From: a virus
Strand: one strand, 5' to 3'
DNA: 64,000 nucleotides
IMG/VR virus record: IMGVR_UViG_3300043403_000051
Coordinates: 19,055 to 83,054 of that record
This document shows positions 47,522 to 58,000 of this stretch, in pieces; position 1 is the stretch's first letter; the number at the start of each line of letters is the position of its first letter. Under the pieces are notes generated by a model that was not told where the DNA came from, did no database searches, and saw nothing but the letters and a program-made list of their open reading frames with translations. The translations under genes and the position numbers were made by a program.

Positions 47522-50500
47522 TGGCATATCAACCACAATATCCAAATACGGTAGAACCAAGTGTATCAAACATTAATCTACCACAAGCTCCAAGTCAACC
47601 AACCAGTTTGGTTGATTCTGCATTAAATAAAGCCTTGTATGCTACAGGGCAGGATATGTCCTTATCTACAAATAGATTTCTTCAACCTTTAAAAGTTGAT
47701 TTAATCCCCACATTAAGATATGATAGCGCAGACATAGGTTATAATCCATTTGACCAAAACCTTGAGAATAAATATGCCGAAGAACAAGGCGTAATTAAAT
47801 ACGTGGGTTCAAACCTTGCAAAGACAGTAGGTGATTTTGGTGGTGCATTTATTAATTCAATTGCATTTATTCCAACAGCAGTTGGTTCACTTGCAACAGG
47901 TAATGGTTTGGATTGGTTAAAAGATAATGAATTAAGCAATTCAATAAATGACTGGAGTGACTCGCTTGACCAAATGCTTCCCACATATAAAACGCATTAC
48001 CAAGAAGATAATCCTTTCTTGTCAACTTTTACTTCGTTTAGAGGGTTTAGTGATTTTACAAGAATTATAGGTTATACAGCAGGTGCACTTGTCGGAGCAT
48101 CTGTGGCTGCAAGTTTAACAGGTGGGGCAGGTCTTACTTCTCTTGCACAAGTACCTTTAAATATATCAAGAATCGCATCATCATCAGGTAGATTTTTATC
48201 AGGTGGTTCTAAAGCATTAAATTTATTTAATGAATCTGTGGCAGCAGGTAAAACCTTACCAAAAGCTATATTGGATGGAGCTAAGGCCATTAAAGCAATA
48301 GATAAACTTAAATATGAGTTTATTATGTTTAACTCGGCAGGTGCTGAGGCTATGATGGAAACTACTCGTGGGTATGGTTCTACAATGTCAAGGCTTAAAG
48401 AAGACTATAGGAATAAATATAACTTAGAGCCAACAAAAGCAGAGATAGAGCAAATGGAAGAACTTGCTCAAAGTGCTCACAATGCACAGTTCCTTGGAAA
48501 CATGGCTTTACTCTACACAACAAATAAATTAACATTTGGTGAATTCTTTAAACCAACATCTGTTGTAAAAAATGAAATCACTAAAGATATAGGTGGAAAG
48601 CTATCATTAAAAGTTTCAAAAGAAAATCTTAACTTAGTAGAAGCAGTTGTTAAAGAACCTAAGACAGGGTTTAAAGGATTTATTCAAAAAGGTAGAGGTG
48701 TTACACAAACTGTTGGAAAAGCTTTGTGGAAGAACGCACCAGAAGCTATTGAGGAAGGTGTACAGTATGGTTTGGAAACAGGTGTAACTGATTACGCTAC
48801 TCGCAAGTACAATAAAGATGATATATTATTTGTAGATAATTTATGGAAGTCATCTGCAACTGGTGTTAAAAGTGCCCTCTTTACAGAAGAGGGTCAACAA
48901 GGAATGTTCTATGGATTATTACTTGGTGGTGTTGTTGGTGGATTAAAGAGTATGCGTAGAAGAAAATCGGGTGCTGCTAATGATGCACAAATAGCTGCAC
49001 AAACAGTAAGTGAATTAAATGCTTATAATCCTGCAAGTTTATTTAATATTAAACACGAAGAAGCTGTTGTAGGTACATCATTAAAGAATTCTATGAGGGA
49101 TGCTTTAGAGAATGATGATATGTTTAGATATAGAAACTTGAAACACCAAGCTTTATTTAATTATGTTAACGCAGGGTTAAAATCTGGTCACTTTGATTTA
49201 CAACAAGATAGATTAAAGATGGCAAAAGAGTTGGAGGGTGAAGCTTTCCAAGAAATGTTTGGATATGAGTTTACAAATTCTAATAGAAGAACAGCTAACG
49301 AGTATATAGATAAAATTGTTGCTGAAACAGAGATTATTAAAACTAATATTGAAAATGTAGATACAATATTTAAAAATCCCCACAATCCTAATAAAGAACC
49401 GATAAAATATAAAATATACGAAGATTATAAAGATTCGTTAAAACTTTCCTTATCAGAAATAAAAGATAAGAAGAAAAGAATAGACCAACTTAAATCAGAA
49501 CTATCTGATACCTATCCAAATCTATCTCCTAATGATGCTTTACATTTTACAAATAATGTTGGGTATCTTACAAAGATGCAGGAAATAAGTGATAGAATAT
49601 CTGAGTTAAAAGAGTTAGAACGTGAAACATCTACATCAAAAATACTATCAAAAGATTTTGAAACAGAGAGAGAGTTTTTAGAAAAACAATGGGAGTTACT
49701 TAATGAAGGTAAAGAAAAACCTGAACCTAAGCACCTAAAAGATATTTTTAATTACTACACCAATGGTAAAAAAGTTCCACAATCAGGACTTGAATCTTTA
49801 AATGATGATGATATTTCAAATATTTATAATACTGCTTATGATATAGAAAAGTTATCTATTGGCGCAGAGCTTGGCACAGTGGCTTATAACTATCTTCGTA
49901 ATGGAGAATCTTATCTTGACTTTCAGGATAAGATTATGTCAAGAATGAATAGTCTTGATAAATCTGTTAAAGAACTTCCTGATGGAACTATGGTTGTTGA
50001 TGATGATGAAAAAATCAAACAGCAAGATAAGGAAGTAAGAGAAGCAATTAAAGAAAAAAAGATTATTGCTGAAGCTGAAAATTTAATAGAAGCGATAGAG
50101 AGCGACCCTACTTTGAAAAAAGAAGGTACTACAAAAGCTGATATTGAGAAACTTATTCAAATTGCTAAAAAAGAAGAAGCAGGTACTCCCTTAACAGAGG
50201 AAGAAAAAGATGTAAAAGAAGAAAAACCTAAATCTTATGAGGCTGTAAAAGTAGCTAAGGATATAGTTGAGGAAGAGGATACAAAAAAAGCAGATAAAAA
50301 AGCAGCAGACGAGGAAGATATTAATACTCCTACAGAGGAAGAATTAAAAGCTCAAGAGGATTTATTTGAAGATATTAGAAGTACAGGCCCACAACAAAAA
50401 GGAAATATTGAAAATCCTGTAAGTATTAATCCTGATACAAATACAAATATTAAAGGGGGTGAGCTTGATATCAGAACGGTGCTTACAAAAGCATATACTG

Positions 50501-52056
50501 CTGCATGGGATAATCAAACTGAAAATCTTTGGGATTATATGTTTAAAAGACAAAGACGTGGATTTGCAGATACTATTAAAATAGGTGTATCTAAATCAAC
50601 TAAGGGTCGTTCAGAAAAAGATAAAAATCCAATTGTACCTGGAAAAAATATATATAAATCTGGCTATGCAACAGACGTAGTTATTTATGATGGAACTAAG
50701 CCAATGGGTTACATGGTTCCTGCAAATTCCTTATTCTTTAAAAGGGGAACAGAACTATTACCATTTATACAAATAACTGAAGAAGAATTTTTAGAATCTT
50801 TTCCAAACACTGATTACAATTCTTTTATGGCTACTTTAAATAGCTATACTACAATGTGGAATGAGTTAATGAATAAAGTTGATAAAGATATATATGAGGG
50901 AGAAAAAGAAACTTTATTTACTGGTAAATCCCTGCAACCACTTTTTAGGATAAAACCTATATATGGTTCACAACATACTCATACTGATAATACAATTACA
51001 AATACTATTGGTGATTTAAAATATCAGAATAGAGGTTCTGCAATTATATCTATACCAGGTGGGTGGGATTTTAAATCACAAAAACCAATTCGTATAGGTA
51101 CACCTTTTGTAGTTGAGGAATCACGTTATACAAAAGATGAATTAAATGATATTTATAATCATATAAATAGTCCATCTTTTCAAAAATTATCAAATATATT
51201 AAATAGTAGATATTTATATCTTGATAAGTTACCAAATGGTAAGTTTACTATTTTTAGAGCAAGACCTATTACACAAATAGAGGGTGATAAGAAAAAAATA
51301 TTTGAAGTTTTAAAAACAGGAACACCCGCTGAGTTTATGACTCTTATGGGTTCTACTTATATTACTGATAGTAGGAAAACTCACTCTGGTACTTCTATAA
51401 AGTTTAGTATGATAGAAGATGGTTCAACCCTTCAATTAAAAGTAATTAATAGTACAGTACGTGCTAATCCTGTGTATTTTGATATATTTATCAGTAGAGA
51501 TGAGATAGGGGAGATGGGTAATCTTAATGATTTAGTAGCTGTTGTAAATCAAAAAATAAATGAAATTAAGCAAGATAAATTAAATAGTCAAGCTGTGGCT
51601 GCTACTTTATTAAATGTAAGATTACAAGAATCTGATTTTAGAGTAAATATTTTAAATGACGATTCTGCTAAATTTGATAAGTTAAAAACACAACTAACTG
51701 TACCTACATATAAATATCAGTATCGTTATTTTGGTATGGAGATTGTTCCAACAAATTCTGGTAATATCACTCCTGATACAAACAATGATGTTGAACAAAC
51801 AGAGGAAACCGAAGAACCAAAAGCTCCCACAGAAGCTTTTACCGCTACAAAGATTATGGAATACATGGAAGTTATAAATAAGTTAAAATCTATGAACACT
51901 AAAGATAGTCTAAAGAAAGCAAAAGAACTTGATGAAAGATTAGATAAGACAACAGATGAATATAAGAAGGCTGAATTCATCCATAAGAAATTTGATAATA
52001 TTATAGAACAACTAAAAGGACTTGGGTCAAATGGCCAAGTACAAGTAAAATGTTAA
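47521..52056 (+). CDS. Large cargo/ejection protein with membrane-channel-like N terminus
   Basis: 1511 aa; Gly/Ala-rich hydrophobic helices, AEAMME and EAIEEGVQ motifs. Confidence 0.6.
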   Translation: MAYQPQYPNTVEPSVSNINLPQAPSQPTSLVDSALNKALYATGQDMSLSTNRFLQPLKVDLIPTLRYDSADIGYNPFDQNLENKYAEEQGVIKYVGSNLAKTVGDFGGAFINSIAFIPTAVGSLATGNGLDWLKDNELSNSINDWSDSLDQMLPTYKTHYQEDNPFLSTFTSFRGFSDFTRIIGYTAGALVGASVAASLTGGAGLTSLAQVPLNISRIASSSGRFLSGGSKALNLFNESVAAGKTLPKAILDGAKAIKAIDKLKYEFIMFNSAGAEAMMETTRGYGSTMSRLKEDYRNKYNLEPTKAEIEQMEELAQSAHNAQFLGNMALLYTTNKLTFGEFFKPTSVVKNEITKDIGGKLSLKVSKENLNLVEAVVKEPKTGFKGFIQKGRGVTQTVGKALWKNAPEAIEEGVQYGLETGVTDYATRKYNKDDILFVDNLWKSSATGVKSALFTEEGQQGMFYGLLLGGVVGGLKSMRRRKSGAANDAQIAAQTVSELNAYNPASLFNIKHEEAVVGTSLKNSMRDALENDDMFRYRNLKHQALFNYVNAGLKSGHFDLQQDRLKMAKELEGEAFQEMFGYEFTNSNRRTANEYIDKIVAETEIIKTNIENVDTIFKNPHNPNKEPIKYKIYEDYKDSLKLSLSEIKDKKKRIDQLKSELSDTYPNLSPNDALHFTNNVGYLTKMQEISDRISELKELERETSTSKILSKDFETEREFLEKQWELLNEGKEKPEPKHLKDIFNYYTNGKKVPQSGLESLNDDDISNIYNTAYDIEKLSIGAELGTVAYNYLRNGESYLDFQDKIMSRMNSLDKSVKELPDGTMVVDDDEKIKQQDKEVREAIKEKKIIAEAENLIEAIESDPTLKKEGTTKADIEKLIQIAKKEEAGTPLTEEEKDVKEEKPKSYEAVKVAKDIVEEEDTKKADKKAADEEDINTPTEEELKAQEDLFEDIRSTGPQQKGNIENPVSINPDTNTNIKGGELDIRTVLTKAYTAAWDNQTENLWDYMFKRQRRGFADTIKIGVSKSTKGRSEKDKNPIVPGKNIYKSGYATDVVIYDGTKPMGYMVPANSLFFKRGTELLPFIQITEEEFLESFPNTDYNSFMATLNSYTTMWNELMNKVDKDIYEGEKETLFTGKSLQPLFRIKPIYGSQHTHTDNTITNTIGDLKYQNRGSAIISIPGGWDFKSQKPIRIGTPFVVEESRYTKDELNDIYNHINSPSFQKLSNILNSRYLYLDKLPNGKFTIFRARPITQIEGDKKKIFEVLKTGTPAEFMTLMGSTYITDSRKTHSGTSIKFSMIEDGSTLQLKVINSTVRANPVYFDIFISRDEIGEMGNLNDLVAVVNQKINEIKQDKLNSQAVAATLLNVRLQESDFRVNILNDDSAKFDKLKTQLTVPTYKYQYRYFGMEIVPTNSGNITPDTNNDVEQTEETEEPKAPTEAFTATKIMEYMEVINKLKSMNTKDSLKKAKELDERLDKTTDEYKKAEFIHKKFDNIIEQLKGLGSNGQVQVKC

Positions 52057-52057
52057 T

Positions 52058-55000
52058 ATGGCAAGCTGCGTTTTTACATACAACGAAAAAAATTATTCAG
52101 AGCAAGAGTTTAAAAATCTACTTGCTAATGGTTTATTAGAAACTTTAGAAGGAGCAAGACAGCTTAAAACTAAAGATAGATTACCTGTAACTGTATCCAA
52201 TAAAGAGGATGTAGAGCAAGTGATGAAAGATATCTTTTTGCTTGAACCAGAAATGGCAAATGCTGTAGCAGGTATTTATGATGCTATGGGTAATGCGTGG
52301 GTTAAAGATGCAGGAGAAGGTGCTACTAAAGAAGACTATTATAAGACTATGGGTTTTGATAGAGCAATGCTTGAGGACTTATCAAAGAAATCTGGTTTTT
52401 TACTACAAGACCCTTTTGTGAGAATGAGTATTGCCATAGGATATGCTTTTAAAGAAAATACTGGAAAGGTAGCAAGGGAATTATATGACATAAAGAACTT
52501 AAAAATGTTAAGCATTAAAGGTTCTGATAGAGATGTATATGATTTAGAGAATGGTAAAGTTTTAAAAATTGCAAAGCACCCAAGAGGTTTAATGCAAAAT
52601 ATGCACGAGGGTTATGCAGAACTTGTCGAACAAAATCTTTTACCTAAAGTATATGAGAGAGGATTAAATTATGTTGTAGTAGATAAAGCAGAAAAATTAG
52701 ATATTATTAAACATAAATGGCTACTTGATAAATTATCTGCGATGTATAACAATATTAATGAGTTACACGACGCATATGCAAATAACGATTTAGATAGAGT
52801 TGATAAAACAACAGCAAGTTTAATAGAGCAGTTAATAGGTGCAAGTTTTGGTACCTATTCAGAGTATGATATATTATGGGGTGACATAGTTAAAGAGGAT
52901 AGTTGGGGTGTAGACTCAAAAGGTAATGTAATGCTTGTTGATGCAGGTGTTCTTGCTGGCCCCGCTGCGTTTGAAAAGTTTGATGGGGTTAATACATTAG
53001 ATGATGCCGAATTTGTAAAAATAAAAACACGCTCAGATGCAGCCGCTGCAAAATATGGTGATGTTCTTACTTTACCAAGAACTCTTATGTATCAAAATAG
53101 TCAACTTGATAGAACTATTAATTACTTTAAACTACAACCAAAACAAGTAGGTGTAAACATAACTGGTTACACAACTAAAGCTGACAAACCTACACCAGAA
53201 TTCATCAATCGAATTCATACATGGCTACAAGAACAAAAGATAAACGACATAGGTGTAAGACTTGACATGACCCACAAGGTCATTAAGTTCTACCCTAAAC
53301 CAAATCAAAACAATTTACTGTTTCAAGATAATTTTGAAAGACTTTTTGATGCTGCATTTATTTTAGCAGACATGGATACGAGTAAACTTAGTGGAAATTT
53401 AAAATTTGTAGATTTAATTAGTGCACTACATAAAACAAATGAATGGATTGATAAATATGTAGGTTTTAGAAAGTATTATAATATTGTTACTGATATAGAA
53501 ACAATGATTGGCACTTACGGTAAAGTAAAAAATGAAGAAGGTTATACACAATCCGAGTCAGTATTACAAGAACTTCTTAAATTAGCTAAAACTTATTTAA
53601 ATGAAAGTTCTTTATACAACCAAGGACCAAAAGCAGCTATACAACTTGGTGATACATTTGATATTATCTATGCATTAACAAATCCAAACGTAAGTTCCCC
53701 TATACACGAATTAGCACATAAATGGGAAAGAAACTTAACAAAGGATGAGAGGAAGATTGTAATGGATTGGGCTGAGGATAAGAAGTGGACAAGAGAAACT
53801 TCTGAAAAATTTGCAAGAGGTTTTGAAAAATACTTGGCGGAAGGTAAAGCACCGTTCCCTGAGCTACAAGCTATCTTTGAAAAGTTTAAAGAGTGGCTTA
53901 CACAAATATATAATGGTATTACAGGTTCAGATATTGATGTTGAACTTAATGATACTATGAGGCAAGTTTATGCCCGTATGTTGGGTGCAGAAGCAAAACA
54001 AGCTATTAAAGAAAAAGTTACAAGACCTTTACAGTTTCTTGTACCAAATCCTAAAGCTAAAAATTATATTCCTCATAAAATGGCTATTACTTCCTTTTAT
54101 AAGAAAGGTGGATATGAGGAAGCTCTACAAAACTATGAGATTCAACCAGATGAAGTAAGAGCAATCTTAAAACAACTTGGTTATAATACTATACAAATTG
54201 AGGCAGTTATATGGAGAGGTGATGCGGATAATCTTGCATCTCTACAAGATATTTCTACATGGGCAGCAGTACCATTAGAGATGAACGACTATGCATTTAT
54301 GGCAGCAGTTGACCAAGCTGAGAAAACAGGCTTACTTGAGGAAGCTATTGTAAATGACATGATTGACCCCGCAACTGTTAAAGACATTAACGAATACTTA
54401 AAGAAACACAATAATTCTTTAGATGGCCTTACTATGCTTACGGCTAACCAAAAAATAGCAGAAAACATAGAATTAGATGACAATCAGTTAGAGGTAGCTG
54501 AACAATTAATTAACGAAGAAATTCAAAAAGAGGAACAAAATGAAGAAGAAAGGCAAGAAGAAGGGTTGTTAGAAGAAACACCCTCAGAAGAAACACAGGA
54601 AGAGCCTAAACAGGAACCAACAGAAGAAAGAGCTCCTGTTGAGGTTCGTCCCAAACCTATACGTAAAACTGTAAATAAAAAAGAAGCAGTAAAACAAGAT
54701 AAAGAGGAAAAAGAACTTGAAGTTCGTGAAAGAGCTTCTGATAAATTTAAAAAATCAGTTACTTATGGTAATGTTTATGCAGAGGATATTATTAAATTCT
54801 TTAAAACAAAATTAAAGATAAATAAAAGTAATGGTGATAAACCATATTTACTTTCTTATTGGGTTGATGAAACTTATGCGAGCACACCAAAGGCTGAAAG
54901 ATTCAATGAAATGTTTAAAGACTTTTCAGAGAAAAATAAAAATGACGAGGATGTAGTAAACTTTGAGGATATATATGCAGAGGCATCTGCTGAACTATAC

Positions 55001-58000
55001 AATATGCTTAGTACAACTGTATCAAATCCTACAGAGTTTGAGGTTGCTTTTAGAGATATGATTGAACTTTCCGACCTTGTTGATAAAGTTGACACTCTTA
55101 TTACGTATGAGGGGCTTGACTCTGCAAAACAAAACATTGATAAAGCAGCTACAAAAAAAGAAGAAAAGGTTAAAGAACTAAAACAAAAAGCTATTGCCGC
55201 AGAAAAAGCAGCAGACGAAGAAAAAGTAAAAAGACAAACCCTTGCTGAACAAGAGGCTGAAACTACAAAAGAACCTATTGAAAAAGATTTAATTAATGAG
55301 TTTGATGAAATTGAATTTGTTAAAGGAGATGACGTTAAGTTTGAGAACAAGAAGTATCAAATTGAAGATATCAGTGTTACAGGTAGAGTAACGCTTACTC
55401 CCATATATCCAAATGGTAATCATGGATTTGTTAGTAAAAACGAAGCAGAGTTTGTATACACTATAGAATCTAAATTAAAGAAAGTTCCCAAACCAAGAAC
55501 TTATCAAGAGCATCTTGTAGGTATAGCAGAAAGAATGCAACAAATATTCCCTAATATTCCTTTTGAAATAGGTAACTTTAAGGGTGATTTTATCGGTAGA
55601 TTCTACCAAGGTAAAGTATATATTAATAATAGAACTGCTGATGCTGAAACTCCAATCCATGAATTTTTACACCCTTTTGTGTACATACTTGATAAAGATA
55701 ATCCTACACTTTATAATAACTTAATGGATGAACTTCAGTCAGTTAAACTTGGTCAAACTATTATTAATGAAGTTAAGAGTGATAAAAGTTATAATGACTT
55801 GGATGAAAAAGAACAAATGAATGAGGCTTTGACAAGATATTTATCAAAATTGATTAAAGAAGTATTTGATACTAATGGTAAAATAATTGCAGAAAAACTT
55901 GAAGAGAAAAGACAAACTCTAAAAGATTTCATTTCATATTGGTGGAATAAGCTTCGTGACTTTATATTTGGAGAGAAAACTGGAGCTACATTAGATTCTT
56001 TTGTTAAAAAGTTGCAAGACTCTGAACTTGGTTCAAAATATAAATTTAATATTATTGATACATTAAAAGATGATAAAGTTTTTACATTAGACCAAAATGG
56101 TGTTAAAAATATATTTTTTAATAAATCTAAATTTAAAAAAGATAAAGCTGGTCGTGCATCATTAATTGACACTACTCCGGAAATTTTATTTGAACCAATA
56201 AAAGATGACTTGGACGTAGAATCAAAAGAGTTTGTAAAAACAAAACTTGCTGATTACACCCAATCTACAACATCTACAAATTCTTTAACAGATGATGAGA
56301 AAACTGTTCTTTTTGATTTTAAAGATAGTGCATTAGAGATTGAAGATATCAAACCTGATATGGTTGTAGAGGTAAAAAATAAAAAAGGTGAAGTTGTTAA
56401 TAAAGGTGTGTTTATTAGATTTTCAGTTGAGGGCGGTAGAGATACTTATGTTATTGTTCCAGAGGGAAAGAAGGATGAGAAAAAATATATGTATAATTTT
56501 GTTACTCTTCATGATACTTTAGACAATCATATTTTTGCAAAATACTATCCTGTTGGAGATAAAATTCAAACAACATATGCTTATGATAGAATAGAATTTA
56601 AAAATAAAATTTCTAATGAGATAGAGGGATATCTTTATGATTATAAATTACCAAATGGTAATAAAAAATATACATTTCTTGATTTAAAAAATCAAATATA
56701 TGAAAATTATAACAGTAAAGATACTGCAATAAATTCATTTTTGGATATAAGGAGTACAGAAGTTTCTGTTAACGATTATAACAAACTTATTACTGTTGCA
56801 TCAAATGAAGCCAAAGGTAGAAATAATATTAAAGCTACTGTATCAGAATATACTCAAATTAATTATCAACCTGATAATAATAAGTTAATATTTAAAAAAC
56901 CAAAACTTGGTAGCAAAGTTTCTTCTGAAAAAACTATCTCTAATGTAACACAAGACAATCTTGCTTCTTACGTTGGAGAAACTCATGCTGCGCTTATTAA
57001 TGATGAAATTAAAAAAGGAATATTCAGTGAAGCAAATACAACAGTTAACGGTCAACCCATTATAATAAAATATATAACTATTCCTATTAATCATAAGGCT
57101 TTAACTGCGGAAGGGCTTAGTGATAGAGAGAAGGGAAAAATGTATATTAGTTCTTTTCCTGCTAACATGGGCTTACAAGGACTTGCTGACTTTATAATCA
57201 CTATGGAGAATGTTGCTTACTCGACTGAGGGACATGACGCAGCATTTAAAAAAATGGATTTATTTCTTAAAGCAGCATCTATAAATAAAGTGGATGTAAA
57301 ATCATGGATGGAGAGAGAGGCTAAAAAAGCTAAAGTAATGAAGGATACTGGTGAACGTAGAGTTGCTGGTGGTTCAGGTTTTTTAATTAACGAGGCTAAG
57401 GATATTCTTGAAAACATATTTGATAGATATGAGAAAAAAGAAATAGATGAAGCTACTGCGGTATTGGAATATATTCGTGGGGCTATGGTTGCTTTGAGAC
57501 AAGCTAACTCAATTCTACGTACAGAAGTTCAAACTAAACTTGGAAAAACTCTTACTCCATTAGAGGTAAAAGAAATGAATACTAAGTTTTTTGAGATTAG
57601 TACTTTATACTCTCACTACGCAAGTATTGGAACACTTATCAATAAACACTCTGATTTAATAAGATTGGATGAAAAAAATAAATTTAAATTAGTTATTGCT
57701 GAAGTTGCAACATTAAAAGCTGAAATGAATGGAATGGCTTTAAGTTTAGTTACTGAATGGTTATATCCTAAGTATGAGCAACAGATGAGAGGTTTTGAAA
57801 AATCTGAAAACTTTAAAGAAGGAGATATTCTTACTAAAGATGATTTTAAAAATAAACTTAAAAGCGGGGATGAAGATTCTTCAATATTTACTTATTGGAT
57901 GGGAGCTACTATAAATACTCGTGACCCTATTGCAGCTATTTCTAAACTTGCAATGGTTGATGCTATACAGGAAAATCATAGAAAAGATGATGAAACCATG

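Noticed and set aside
53920-53945. GSDIDV as an RNA polymerase or nucleotidyltransferase motif
   Set aside because: Lacks the third Asp of DxDxD and lies in the helical tail of the zincin-like domain.
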